Below the pieces are notes generated by a model, which saw only the letters and a list, made by a program, of their open reading frames with translations, searched no databases and was not told where the DNA came from. From Rhizophagus irregularis (Eukaryota): 64,000 nucleotides of DNA. The stretch covers positions 4,650,001 through 4,714,000 of the forward strand of contig NC_089433.1 in the NCBI RefSeq assembly GCF_026210795.1. Reading direction: 5' to 3'. Position numbers and translations under genes: made by a program. Every line of letters starts with the position of its first letter. The stretch's first letter is position 1. Positions 1 through 14,974 of the stretch are shown here, one piece after another.

Positions 1-1481
1 ATTTTTACCAAAATTATCACAAAATTTACTTGAAATATTAAATGATGAAAAATATTATGATATTACTATTGAAGTTGGTAATGACCCTTATGTAAAGATT
101 TTTCGTGCGCACATGGTCATTTTACATTATCGTTCAACTTATTTGCAAAGAATTTTGTCAACTAGTAATATGGAAAATGATGGAACTTTAACACATATTA
201 AATTACCGAACATATCACCTGAAATATTTCAAATAATTTTAAGGTAAATAATTTTATAAAACAGATTATATTCATGATAATTCTTTTTATTCATAATATA
301 ATATTTTTTTATATTTTAGGTATATTTATGGTGGAAAACTTTCTTTAGAAGAATATGATACTCTGGATATAATTAAAATCTTGGTTTCTTCTAACGAACT
401 TAATCTTCAAGAATTAACCACGTATTTACAATTTTATTTGATTGAAAATAAAACAGATTGGATGGAAGAAAATTTTAGTTTAATATATCAAACAAGTTTT
501 GAAAATGATTCTTTCTTGGAACTTCGCAAATATTGTATTGATTTAATTTCTAAAGAACCAAATAAGATATTTAATTCCATAAATTTTTCTTCAATTTCAG
601 AAAATCTTTTGTTTACAATTATTCAAAGTGATAACCTTCAAATGAGTGAAATTCAAATTTGGGAAAATGTTCTTAGGTGGGGAATCGCTCAAAATCTGGA
701 TCTTCCTTCTGATTTTACAGACTATTCTCAAAATGATTTTAATAATTTAAAGAATACCTTACAACGGTTTATTCCATTTATTAAATTCTACAATTTAACT
801 TCTAAAGAATTTTTAGAAAAAGTATTCCCCTATGAAAAAATATTTCCAGAAGATTTATATAGAGATTTATTAAGAGTTTATTTAAGTCTTTCAGATCCTA
901 ATAGCAAACCAAGTAATAATACAAAACTTGGTATAACTAAAGAAAGTAAAAGAACAGTGGACTCAAAAATTATAACTTATCAACATGTTGAATTAATTTC
1001 AAAATGGATCGATAGATTAGAAATTACTGACAAGTTAATTTCTTCATATGAATTCAGATTATTGTATCGTGCATCTCGTGGTGGATATTCACATAAAAGA
1101 TTTCATGAAATTTGTGACAATCAACCTCGCACTGTAACACTTGTTAAAGTAAAGGATAGTAACGAAATTCTCGGAGGATATAATCCACTTGAATGGAAAT
1201 CGGATGAAGGTTTCAGCACTACTAAAGATAGTTTTATATTTTCCTTTAGCAATGAAGAAATTGAAAATTATATTTTAAGTCGTGTAATTATTGAAAAGAG
1301 TGCTATCTACAATAGTCCTAATACGGGACTATCATTTGGTGAAAGTGATCTTAAGTGGAAAATATGGCTTGGACTATGGCTTGGTAATTGTAAAAAATCT
1401 ACTTATGAAAACCCGATTAGAAAAATCGAGGGAAAATTTGCTGCAGAAGAATTTGAAGTATTTCAGATTGTACTTGATTGA
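1..1481 (+). CDS. BTB/POZ-BACK-TLDc domain protein, 5' end outside window; exons <1-243 and 320-1481
   Basis: Exon 1 reads YYDITIEVGNDPYVKIFRAHMVILHYRS...IKLPNISPEIFQIIL (BTB). GT-AG intron 244-319 joins in frame to RYIYGG. BACK region EIQIWENVLRWG; TLDc motifs LLYRASRGG, FHEICDN, ILGGYNPL, FGESDL, EFEVFQI. Confidence 0.93.
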
Positions 1482-2314
1482 TGATTTAATTAAAATTTTT
1501 AGTAATCTATTTCAAAATAAAGTATTTATACGTATACAGTAGTTTTTAATTAGTTTTAGGTAGTATTATATGATTACTTTCAACAATTTTACTATACTCA
1601 TTTTTTACGAAACTATTTGGGAATCTAAAGATTGAGAAAGGCAATAAAAAGTAAAGTTCGTCCAGTCTAGTAAAAAATGATTATTTTTAAAAACAAATTA
1701 TTAACATACTATCTCGGTAGAACGTATTGAAAATTTAATTTTTTACGCTCAAATTTCTGTAAACTGAAACAATCTTTTCATAACAAAAGATGGGTTTTCA
1801 ATACAAATTAATACTTCGAAATATATATATCGGGAGAAATTAAAATTTTTTACTAATAGCTCTATGCAGGGTTATTAATAAGGTCATTTAATTATATCTT
1901 TTTGACCAAAATAACTAACCTGTTTTTCATTTCCTAATGGCTTCAATATATTTTTTTCGACTGATACACTATTTTACATAATTATACTTTTTAAATTACT
2001 AGAACAAAATTTTATTTTCAAAATTTTTTTCATTAAATTGTTATGTTATAAAAAAAATTATTATATTTAATATACATAAATATCATTGATTGGTCAAATA
2101 ATATTTGAACGTTAAAACTTTCTTAGAAAATTAATGTGATAAACTAATTAATTTTTGAAAGCTTACTTTTATTGGTGGATTTTCATAATAGTTATCAGTA
2201 CCTTTATGTATAATGATTTTTTTTATAAAGAAATTATATTTAATTCGTTAACTGTTTTTATCGTACATTTATTCCGCTCTCTTATATTTACAAAAAAAAA
2301 AGAATTTAAACAAC

Positions 2315-2346
<32 letters not shown>

Positions 2347-2389
2347 ATTAATTACAAAATAAAAAATAAACTAATATAAAATTATTATA

Positions 2390-2824
2390 TTAATTTAATA
2401 AAAAGAATATTTTGCTCCTATTTAAATCCTTTTTAGGATTTGTTGCAGATAAAGGATGTGGAGAAGGTTCTTTCGGAAAGGGAATTTTTAATTTAAATTT
2501 AAATGTACAACTTCTCAGTAAGTAAATTTCATGAACGCGATCGGCTATCTCTTTATATACATTTTTTTCTTCAAGAGAAGCACTGTTCCATAATATACCG
2601 GCGGCCTTGCTTATCACACGCATATTATGATTTCCTTTACGATTCGATTCTTTATATACATTTCTTCTGCATATCATGAATGAATTAAAGGGCTTTTTTT
2701 TTGAATCAACAGGATGGACAAATGATTCTGGATTATTGAATAATGGTGGGAAAATATTTCTTCTATTCAATATGTTTATTAATGAAATGGCCAAATTTTC
2801 CATCGGAATTTTACCTTCTGACAT
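2390..2824 (-). CDS. MATA-type HMG-box protein (144 aa from ATG 2824)
   Basis: KKPFNSFMICRR...NMRVISKAAGILWNSASLEEKNVYKEIADR fits the MATA_HMG consensus. The longer ORF start lies in poly-A/T sequence. Confidence 0.88.
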   Translation of the reverse strand: MSEGKIPMENLAISLINILNRRNIFPPLFNNPESFVHPVDSKKKPFNSFMICRRNVYKESNRKGNHNMRVISKAAGILWNSASLEEKNVYKEIADRVHEIYLLRSCTFKFKLKIPFPKEPSPHPLSATNPKKDLNRSKIFFLLN

Positions 2825-5612
2825 GTTTATTAAAATTTTAATTAAAATTTTAAAAGGATTTTTTTTTTTTAAAAAAAAAGAGGAAATGTTTTTTTTTATA
2901 AAAAAAGGAGGAAATATTCTTTTTTTTTTGCAAAACAAGAAATAAATTTTAAGCGCTTATATATATATTTTTTAAATTAACCGCTTACGCATATTCTAGA
3001 TGAAAAATTGCATCATAATAAACTTTATACAGTAACCAAAAATGGTTATTCATTCCAAAAACAAAAAAATCTTTTGTTGTCGATCCAATGATGATGATCC
3101 TAAAGAAATATAGAAAATATTTTTAAAAGTTACAATCTTAGGTAGTTGTTGCTATTGCATAATGCATTTGTAAAAATGTCCTCATTTGTGAATATTGAAT
3201 CCTCTCATAAAATTACTTTATAACGTTAGATTAATGAGATACCTTTATACTTTTTCCTAACTGTTGATATACATTCAAATTTCAAAAACAATTGATAAGC
3301 TCTGCAGATCCTGCGTAACATGATCCTTAATTGGGACAATCACTTGACATTTCCTTTTAACAACCGATGGAAAAAAGGTTCCATACAATGAAATGCAGTG
3401 AAACAATATAACTATTGAGGGCGTATTTAATGTTATTATTTTTTTTTTGTTATTGTTGTTATTGTTTGTTATTGTTAAAAATATGTTATTAAATTAAATG
3501 AATAGATGTGTTACTTGATCTCTAAAAAAATTTTACAACGAATTTTAAGAGTAAGGTTTCATAACAAAGTCTTTAGTTAGATTAATATATTTTACTTGAT
3601 TTTAACAGGTTTCAAATAACGAAAAATAATGATTTATTAAAAAAATATTTCATTTTAATGCATGTTGACGTTTCAGAATTGGTTATTTGTTATCTTTTAT
3701 TTAAATAAAAAAGAATATTAAAATAAAATAAAAAAAAAGAGATATTTTATCAAAAGAAAATAAAAGGTCAATATTAACAAATTTAGATAGATTATTACTT
3801 TTATTTCCTTAAAAAAATTAAAATAAAAAAAATCCTTTTTTTTTAAAAAAAAATTAGAAAGTTGTGAAGTAGTATCACACAATTTTAAATTTTTTTTTTA
3901 CTTTATTATAGTTAAAATACTGTAAAAACTTCGAGCAGATCGTTAATGATAACGAAATCGGGCCGAAGTTATGGCGATTATAAAAAATATGATTTAAATA
4001 AAATTTATTACAATTATATCTCGTATGAAATTTGTATTTATTTTGTATTTTGAAAGTTATCAATTATACGATTTTTCTAATATACAGTATATATATAACT
4101 GCTAATCGTAATATCGTAATATAAATAATATGTGATCCATATAATCTATCAAATTACGGATTTTTGTATATCGAGTTCAAAAAATCAAAAAAATTTTTTT
4201 TTTTTTTGGGCATCATAAATTCATAATTCCAACCTTCTTTTTAAGACCTTTAAACAAATAGTTAGTAGATAATGGTCACGTGATAAGTATCGATGCTTTT
4301 CGCTTAAAAGACTATTTATTAAATGCTAATATGTGCATGTTTAAAAAATATCCAAAATTATTATTATACTTATTAATTTGTAATTATGAAATTAATTTAT
4401 ATTTAAATTTTTTCATAGCTAGAAAATCGATTTTTTTTATGTTATAGATTATTCATAATATATTGAAAGTTGAAACTTTATTTATTATAATCTTTAATCA
4501 CTAGTTGTTAATCATAATAAAAAAAATAATATACTGTAAAATTAGGAGTTATATTAATATATTAATCATGGGCAATTACAAAAATTAATCATCTTTTTCA
4601 TTACTATTTTCGTTAATTAATGTATTGTATAAATAAAAATAATAATTATGTTCACCGTTCACGTATAAAATTTTTCAAAATGTTATTTTCTTCATATTGC
4701 ATCATTTGATTCCTTTCTCTTTTTTTTTTAATTAAATTTATTAATATGGCATTTAAAATTAATTTTTATTTTTACGCTCACATTTTTTTATGAGTAATCA
4801 TAATTGATTGAAAAGGTTAACTAATCCCTTATACTATAGTTAAGATTAATGCATTAACCTATAACCAGGTTGTCCTATTAAAAATGAGCTTACGATCAGC
4901 GTGTTTTCAATACTTTTAAATTTTAGAGATGACGTTCAAAATTTTTGCTGCGTAGAAAATCACCACACTTAATTCTTTATGATATAAAATTCCAAAAATT
5001 TTGTGATATGATTCAAAAAAAAATTTGAAAAAAATATAAATAAATTTGTCTTATTGATTAATTTTTCTTTATAAGATACTTCATTTAGATAAGTCTTTTT
5101 ATTCTTAAAAAAGTGATTTATTTAAACAGATGACCAATTCCGAAACACCAACATGCGTCATAGTTTCCAGAAATACAACTTTTCTTTAAACTATATTAGT
5201 TTATTATTAGTTTAAATGTCCATTTGGAACCCTCTGGAATCAAGTAAAATGAATTATTAAAGGGTATGAAAGTTTCTATGATGTCTTTTGTGCTTAGTAA
5301 TTCTTTGTAAAATTTCATAAAAATCATGAAATACGTTTATTGGCTTGTTTCACATATATTTACGCCATTGAAGTTAATTATTTGATAATTTGATTTAAAA
5401 AAATTTACAGTAAATAAACAACATATTTTTATTATAAAGAAACAAAAATAGGCTATTGTTAATCCCATTTTACAGAATTTCATTACCCGTATAAACTAGC
5501 GATTTGATTATCCTATTGTTTCTTTGTATTCTTTGTGTAATCCCTTTAAGAGTCTGGAACAAATCTATCGAACCTCTTTACCATACCTTGTTCTAGAACG
5601 AAAGAAATCAAA

Positions 5613-5710
5613 TGTCACGGGTTTTGGCCAGAATTATGAAATTATGAAATTGTGTCACGGGTTTGGCCAGAATTATAAAAATTAATAAAATCATGTCATG
5701 GGTTTTAGCT
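5613..5710. repeat. Three ~40-bp tandem copies of TGTCACGGGTTT(T)GGCCAGAATTAT; probable DNA-transposon subterminal repeats
   Basis: Direct repeats visible, third copy degenerate. The GGCCRGAATTA core recurs near 28883, near 48440-48470 and, inverted, near 60945. Confidence 0.6.
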
Positions 5711-8700
5711 CAACCATTGTAATTATTAAGGATTTTATCTCCTCATACATTAACCGTTCGAATTTACGGGAGATAAATTTTCCATAATAAACAAAATCAT
5801 ATAACCACATCCTTTTCCTCTAATGATAATATGATTTATTTTATTATTTTGATTAATGTATATAAATATCAGACAATAAAGATAACAGATAAGAATAGTT
5901 AGTATAAATTTATTGAACTAATGTAACAAGAATTTAAGAATAAATGGATTCTAAAGAAAATATATAATTTAGAATTTGTGAAACATGCCAAGAAATGTAT
6001 CTAATTGATTTTACAAATTATTTTTACGTACTGTATATCTTATTTTGTTCCAGCAGGTTCTAAATGATAGTTATTAATAATTTTTAAATTTTTTTTTGTC
6101 TTTTGTTCTATAAAAAGTTAGTAGTAGTATTTTTATAACATGCTAAATTTTGCATGCAATAAAAATTTCTTTTATTATAGTAATTTGCAAAATTAATTTG
6201 TTGTGGATTTTAGAAATTAGTGATTCTTGCTGCACAAAGTCTCCTGCAATACATAGTCGTATTGTTGAACATTTTAATCTTGTAATAAGTGATAAAATAA
6301 AAATAAACCAATAATAATATAATCATTTTTATCATATATATCTTTGTATAATAAATATGTTAGTTAATAAATATTTTATATTTAGAAAGTTTCAATTTTA
6401 CTATTTTTAATTAAAAGATTTGTTTAATTTTATTATGAAGAAAAAAGAGGAAATAATAATGAAATTTAATTTTTGATTATTAACCATAAAATATTAATAA
6501 TATATTATATTATTATAGATTTCAAAAGTAGATATTATATAGCTTATTATAAGTTGTTGATCCTTATTGTATATTTAGATAGTAAAACAAAAGAAATTCA
6601 AAAATATAAAACTATTATAAGAAATTATTTATAAAATATTCTAGTATAATAGACTTTTATCAATTTTTTTTACTTAATATTATACAATGTAAATTTAAAA
6701 TATAAAATAAGTTTAAAATTGTTTCAATTATCAAACAAAACTTTCTTTTTTATTTTAGATTCTTCATATTAATAATTTATTTTGTGTTTTATTAAATTTC
6801 TTACCAAAATCAAAAATATCCATTCTCTATCAAAGCTTTGAAAATTAATAATCCCACTTCCGTCATTAAAGATAATTCAACAACAAACTATGGAGAGTTG
6901 AATAATATTTTGTGGAACTTTAGAAGTTTTCCAGAGTTCCATCCAACATGATTTATTACAAAAGAATTCCTCATAAATGATAATCAAGAATGGGCCAAAA
7001 ATATTTATTAACATACCCTATAATACAAACAAATTTGCAATTAATAACCATTAATTAGATAATGTATATTTCTTTGCTGAACAATTGTTAAAAAAGCTTT
7101 TGGTGGTATACAGTACATGATCAGTCACATTACAAAAAGAATTCTCAATACTTAAATCTAAAAAAATGTTACACATTATTATAATTAAATTACAACTTTT
7201 GGATATTTTATTATTTTTTTGACAATATAGTAAAATTATCACATATACTATGTATATATATTATAAAAATTACATTAATGAATAATAATCTGTTACATTG
7301 TATCTGGTAATATAATTAAAAAGATTACTCATGATTATGCTTATTTTGGGATTGTATTTAAATTAATGAGAAATAATAATGAAGGTATAGATGAGAACCT
7401 TAAATGCATTTCCAAAATATATAAAGTCAAACAACAGACCCACAATCATTACTTATGATAATATTATTAGTCAATAACATAGGAAAGATTTTAATGGAAA
7501 AAGTCATTCAGATGCAGATTTGTTTATGTTGTATCAATTTATAAAACATTAAATCTGAAACATGATACATTTTTAAGAGCATCTATAAATTAAAAATTTT
7601 TTATAGTTATATCACAGATAAGGCCCTTTGAGTAGGCAAAAATTTACATAATGCAAAAAGTACACATTTATTATTATGCAAAAATCATGTGTACATTAGA
7701 AAAATTATACAAAAAAAGAATTCAAATATATATTATTATTATATAATACATATTATAAACAAGCATAATTTATACATAATAATCAATAATAATTATAAAT
7801 ATACATAATATACTTATATATTTCACCAATATTCTATTTAACTTAAATTTATTACTGACAAGTCAAGATTTTAGAATGGGAAACAATAAGTTGAAAGCTC
7901 AATGAAAACTTAATTTGAATTCTATATTTAGCTTATTAGCAATTAAAAAAAAAATCATTTTAATTGTCTATATAATGGAACCAATAATAGAATATTTTAA
8001 TTCAGGAAAGAAGGTAATAGCAAAACATAGTTTTGTCTAGAAAAAAGCCAAAAGTAATATAAACAAATCAAGTAAATTATTTAAGAATAAATTAAAGTTA
8101 TTTTATCCAAACAGGTAAAACCAAAGTGATATAACACAGGAAGAATTTATATTAAAATTAACTTACAATTATAGACTATTATTTTAGTAGTTAACTATAA
8201 CTTAAATAATATATTTCAACTATTTTATATTACAAAAAACACAGATAATGAACTCATAATACTAGATGAGAAAAAAAAGAAACTTGAATTTATAATACTT
8301 TATACTGAGGCTTATATTATTTTTATTAAATGGAAAGATAGATCAGCGTACCTTGCGTCTATTTCGTCTTTAAATGGTCCAGGGAGCTTTTCCTAAAAAA
8401 AGTATTAAAGAACATTAGTAAAACATTCTTAACAAAAAAAATTGAATAAAATAAATATATTACCAGCGTATATTGCACCCCTTGCACCCATTTCGTCTTG
8501 AATGGTCCAAGATGCCTTATTATCATTGATTTTGCTTATTAATATATTCAAATTGTAAATTTATTTTTTATACCACACACAAAGAAATTATATTTAAAAA
8601 TATTATTTAAGTAGTAATGGCAGTTATGATTGTTAGGAGAAAATTCTTATAAAAGTTATTAAATGTAATGAAAATAAATAAACATCATTATGTCATCATC

Positions 8701-10949
8701 AAACAATTATATAAAATATTTTTAATTTATAAAAATTTCATAAGCTTAAATCTTACAATCGTATTATATAAAATTATATATAGTTGCAGAAATTCGTTTA
8801 TCAGAAATTTTAATTTATAATATAATATATTTTATTACAACATATATACCATAAATAAAAATAGTATTAGAATGAATTATTACTATAAATAAATATAAAT
8901 AAATAAATTATTATGCTTGTCATATAGTTGTATTTAAGACATTACATAGGCAAATATTTCCTATTGTAATTAAAATTAAATTCTAATATTATATTATTGG
9001 AATAAATTTCTAGTTTTAGTAAATTTAAAGAATCACTAAATCTATAACAATGAATAATCACTTCAGGCTAGACAAAGGTTGTAGAATTTCTTAGATGGCA
9101 TGATCAGATCCCAATGTTTTCTAGGAGTTTCTGGGGATCCTAGTGACCCAGGTGTTGATAAATGTGCACACTGATAGAAAAAAATTGATTAAAGAAGGCG
9201 TTTTCGCCCTAAACAAGCAGGCCAAACTTTTTTTTCAAAGATTACATATAAACTTAGTGATTATATGGAGAAAAGGATTTTCTAATATCAGAAAATATTA
9301 TTTAATTAGCTGTGCAAAGGATCAATTATGTCATACAGTCATATTATATCATATTATCACGAGGCTATTTTTATTACAACAGCATGTGAGAGAGTACAAG
9401 TACATTCATTTTATAAATTTGTAAACTCGTAGATTTATCAAAATTGATATTTACACTCACTACGCATTAGCTCAATAATATTTTTGATATTTCAATTTAT
9501 ACTATATTTAGTATACATTTAGAAAGTAAAAAAAATAATTACCATATCTATTCTTAATAAGTTATTTCTTATATATGAAGTTGGTTTAATATATGAAGTT
9601 ACTTTTTTTAAGTAAATTCTTTTTATCACATATAATATTCTTATACAAGCAACAATTGTAGCGGTTAGAGATAGGTTTTAGTATGCTAAATTTTATTAGA
9701 TCTAAATATAATTTGTACTACTCGTAGAATCATACATTGAGGAAAATTATTTTATTTAGTATTACTAAGTTTTATTCCACTTATTATTGGACACCTTATT
9801 TATCTTACCGTTAGAAATGGAGTCATCCATTGGTATATATAAAACACATTAAGATAGAGTTTGTAATAAATATAATATTTATGATTTAAACATCTTTATT
9901 TGTTTGCTAAATAATAAATATCAATGTCCAATTGCAGGGCCTGGTGAATGATTTATTAGAAAAGCTGATTGACAATTGTGAAGAAATAGGTTCGATTTAC
10001 TCCTCAGCACAATTCAAATTATATAAACACGTCGGAGTTTATAAGAAAATTAATCTACTTAATATATAAAAGTTTCTTTAAATATTTGTAGTATCATAAT
10101 TGAAAACTCATATAGTTACATTCATATTATTTATTATTTAAAATTCAATTTTACTGATTTTACTCAAAAAACATATACTTTAAAAATTAATTACTTATAG
10201 TGATAATTACTAAACAAAATATGAAATATTTTTCACAAAAAATTAAATTATACAATTTACTAATCTAAACTAAATATCATTAATTATTATTTGACCAAAT
10301 ACAATAATTTCAACACAAATGTATACAGTATATAATCAGTGATGCTGGCCATTATTATTATAATAAGTAATGTTACCCTGCATTATGTTAGAGAAAAAAC
10401 CAATCCGTCCATACTATAGATTTCTTTTAAGGGCCAGAAATTCTTTAAATTATTCTATTTAAATTTAAACTTCAAATTTTTACTAATATAATTAATTTTT
10501 TATAATAAAAATATTATTATAATTAAGTCTTTTGTAAAATTTTGTGTTTTGCAAACTTTCAATAAAATTAATGCCTTTGATGTATATTAACGAGTAGCTT
10601 AAAGTATTGAATATATATAATTAATTAAGCAGTTTTACATATATTGTCATCCTTTCCATCAAAGAAAAGGTTGTGTCATTCATCGAAGCAACCCTTACAA
10701 ATACATACTAATTTCTTCCAGTCGGTAATTTCTTTGTCATGCTGGAAGAGTAATCACGAGGCTTCAGTAAGAATGAGTTTACTTTCCACCATATCAAGCT
10801 TTAGCAAAGCCTGCACCATTTATAAGTATGCTTTTTAAAGATTGACTATTTAAGAATTTTTTTTTTCTATCATAAAATTGATATGGCATTAATTATTATA
10901 TTAATATATGAATATATACATATAATGAATAAATATTATAAATAACTAT

Positions 10950-13900
10950 ATCTAAATATTATTAATTGGAGACTTAGTTCCTCACTAGAACTGGCTTTCA
11001 GTTTGTAAGTCTAACATTTGCAGATGATCTGTTATCACCTTTGTTAAAGCCTAACCTTCTAATTCCAATGCTGATTAAATATTGTGGCTACTCCTGTTGG
11101 TGTGATCATGAGTCTTACCAAATTCTTCGTCAAAATAGGTTTTATTACCGATTTTGTAATCTGTATATGTGAATTCTGCAGGGTAAATAATATTTTGTAA
11201 ATGCTGATTGCGAATGCAATCTGAATATTTGATAAATGTTTTTTCCTTTTAGGAGTGTTTCCAGATCTAGAGCACTGTTATCACCAATGTGTGAAATCAT
11301 TCTCATATTTCCCTAATGAGATAAGATTTCCAGAAAAGGGAAAGGGACATGTTACTCATATTTCTTCATTTCAATATAGATATTAACTTTTTCTATAACT
11401 TCTTATCATTATATTAAAATCTGTCTCATATTAAAACTATATATTACTTTTTATAAAATCAATCAATTAATAAGGTTGAAATTTCTGCATATAGAAAATA
11501 TAAGTTTTAAAAACTTATTAATTCCTTATTATCATATTATCACAAATTTCTAATAATTTTGATGCAAATTCTTTGAATAAAATAAATAGAAATCAAGGGA
11601 TTATTACTTATATAAAGTGAATTTTCAGCTCTGTCAGTAAATATAATTCCTGTACCCAAAGGAAGTAACTATAATCAACTTATGAATAAAAACTAAAGAG
11701 AGGGTTGATGTAATTCCAAAATATATATAACTTTAATTTTCATGTCAACTATAGTAAAGTTTTGATTCTTGCTTTTTCATGAGTGATTGAAAAAAAGCTT
11801 GTCTGATATAATTATATTGTAGTATAGGTAAATAATAATAAATGGACTTGTAGACTTATTTGTTGTATATAAAGTCTTTTTGTATAGGAGATATCTGAAA
11901 GATAGAAATTATCCTGCTACATCCAAATTTTTGAAATATCCTTTTCTAAAGTAATGTTATAAATTTTGAGCAGTAGTAACTAATTCATTCTATTATAAAA
12001 ATAATTAACTAAGATATAAATAATATTGAAATATCGAATCTCCTTGATATAGATTCATATTGTTTACTATCCAAAGTAGATCTGAAATCCTTCTGTCCAT
12101 TTCAAAAAAAAGCAATGTAAAGACTAAATGGAAAAAATGGAATATTTATATTATCTTTCATCATTCTAAAAATTTATTACCATATATCATGCATGCATAG
12201 GTTATTAATTACTATATAAGATTACTTTATTAATATGATCTGCTTTTAAATTTTCCATAATCCAAATTATGATAATTCTTATTTTATATTTTAAGCAGAT
12301 GTGTTCTTCTTATTTAAGAAACTATAATAGGAAAATTTTTTTTGGGTTATCAAGTCTTCAGTTCCCATCGTATAATAATTGGGTTGGTGATAAACTCTAT
12401 GAAATGAGTCTTTGATTTCCTTTGAGATGTGGCTGAATGCTTGCAGAATGATTCAAGTCTTATTTGCATCATCATTCAATAATTCCCTACTTCTAGTGCA
12501 AAATAAGAAAATTTCAAAAAAAAGTCTATTTGGCCTTCTCACCAAATAAAGAAAATTAAAAAAATATTACTGGTAGGGGGAATTTAAAACCAAATATATA
12601 TATATATAAGCCACTTGGCTAGATATCAAATAAAAATTATATTCTAATAAAACTAAAAAAAAATTAGATATTTTTTAATATTAAAAAGTAAAGTTAAGGA
12701 TCATGTTTATTTTAATAGATTCCATTTGATTAGATGGTAAATGAATGTAATATGAATATCCATTCCAGCAATTTTTGAATCATATTTTTGAAAATTACTG
12801 TAGGTAATAATTATTTTAATATACAGCACCTGTGTTTGTAACATGTTTGGATGTAATAATCCACTCATAATCTTTCAAGCACTTTAGTGTATAATTACAT
12901 ATTGTTCCTTAATCAAAGTCTTTTTCATGCCTTGAGTAACTAGCTGAAGTTTTTTATAGTATCATGTATATTCTTCATATTCTTCAAGGAATTGAAAGTG
13001 TCATCTTTTAACCCATGAAATTTTAAGTCTTTAAGAATATGGTTTTTTGGAATGCAGATTTAACTGTAAACATATTCTCTAGTGTTCTAAATATGTCAGA
13101 AGTAGTTTTTGTTTGCTCCTGTGTAATATTAATTAATTGATTAATCATAGGGACTTTATTTATGTAAAAGGATTCAGTAACTTGGTGTATTTTAATTGCT
13201 TATATGGTATTTCAGCTTGAATAAACTATATGCATTATAGATTCTTTTGAAATTAATCTCTCTATTATGTGGTATTGCCATTTTCATATATTTTTAACTT
13301 AATTGGAGTGTATTAATGGTTAAATTGAAAATATATAATTGCTTAAGATTTATGTTTAATTTTTGATAATAATAATTTTCTTTTAATATTTTTCTATTGA
13401 TATTTGTGAAATATAGTTAATATACCTATTTAATTTTTTAGGCAAATTTTGAGTTCAGAATCCTGCATAGGTTGTATGTTTACTGTTTATAATTAAATGT
13501 AATAAAATTGTAATTCAAATAATCATAAACACAATCCTGTTCTGAACTCTTTGGTAATGCCGTTTGTTTAAACTTGATATAACACCTCTACAAGATTCTG
13601 AACAGTTTTCTGACAAAACGTGTTTCATACATCACTATCAGTAATAATCTTGCCAAATGTTCATCTTCCATTCCTCCAGATAGTTTGGTCATTAATAGTA
13701 TGGCTATATTGTCCACCACCTTGAGAACTGGTTGGTTATATTTTTTCCAGAAAGTAATTCTGATACTTTTAGCAAGATTTGAGTTTTATGTTTCCGAACT
13801 GGAGAAAGCCATTTTTTCATTTGAAAATTGACAATCCGATCAGCTTAGAAAAATTTTCTTCTGTGTGATTTGCTAATAAGTATTTAAAAATAGATTACAC

Positions 13901-14724
13901 CACTTTCATTTCTTAAACTTTCACTTTCCTCACATAAATTAAAGAGTGTTCTGTTAAAAAAGGCATCACTGAACAAATCCCTATACAAAGAAGTATCTCT
14001 GTTTCACCTGAAGATAAACCATAGCTCTTGAGAAATTCTAAAAACTTTACTATGTGCCACTTTTCATTTTGTAAAAGTACAATAGCTGTCTTTCCACTTG
14101 TTTTATCATTAATATCATGAATAAGAAAAGTAAAATTGATGTGCTTTTTTAAAACACCATAACTTAATTTATAAAGTAATGCATATTCATCACAATATTT
14201 GCTCCAGTATTTAATGTATTACAATAGATTGTTGAGAATCTTTCTTAGAAGTTCTCTGGCAATACTGATTTATTTAAGGTTTAATATTTAAACAATACCT
14301 GTAAGATGTTAGGAATGTGTCGTATAAATTTATTGAAATTTTGTTCATCTCTGAAAGGCTCTTCAAGTACATCCATAACTATGGTATTCTTATCTTTCTG
14401 AATTGTATTATATAATATAATTCGTGAAATTCCATAATTTTCTTCAATCTTTAAATCAAAAATTTTCGATAAATTTAATTTATGATCTAATATATCATCA
14501 AGAGATGATTTGGGATAATTCTGTGATTCATCATTAGACAATAATGATCTTATTTCATTATAAAGTAATAACTGATCAAGGAATTTTGCTTTATTGTGGT
14601 AAATATAATTCATGTGGTTAATATTATATTGGTTGATGAGAAAGATTTGGTTTTTGATATTGATTGATTTAAGTATATTTAATACTGAATTCTTCATCGT
14701 AATTTGTTTTCTTTTTCTGTACAT
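10950..14724 (-). pseudogene. Decayed long coding region of unknown identity
   Basis: The 147-aa ORF 14281-14724 is followed on the minus strand by protein-like stretches (ISIARELLRKILNNLL*YIKYWSKY; KWLSPVRKHKTQILLKVSELLSG; ELLNDDANKT*IILQAFSH; YSDCIRNQHLQNIIYPAEF) broken by stops and frameshifts. Confidence 0.55.
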
Positions 14725-14974
14725 CTTATTTGATATATGATATTATATCTTTAGTTGATCATGTATTTAAAATCTATTGACCAAGGTATTAATATTTTTC
14801 AAGTACTTTTGTAGTATCATTTTTATGTTTATCATTTGTTATCATATAAAATCTGAATTTTTTCCACTACCTTGTCGTTGGAAAATGTTTATGTAAATTA
14901 AACATTGTAAATAAATACTGTGTATTTCTAACATTCAGGTCCTACCAGTTTTTTTGAGTGATTAACCAAGTTTC

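Noticed and set aside
2676..2945. 89-aa plus-strand ORF, and similar antisense ORFs at 20391-20657, 26784-26999, 37834-38088, 53121-53759 and 59108-59386
   Set aside because: Shadow ORFs opposite better-supported genes, with no motifs.
5613..5710. Repeat-spacer-like pattern suggesting CRISPR
   Set aside because: Only 3 degenerate units with short AT spacers, eukaryotic context and no cas genes.
12480..12620. Possible negative-strand RNA virus L-protein similarity in the decayed ORF
   Set aside because: No polymerase motifs (GDN/SDD) found; the resemblance is too vague.
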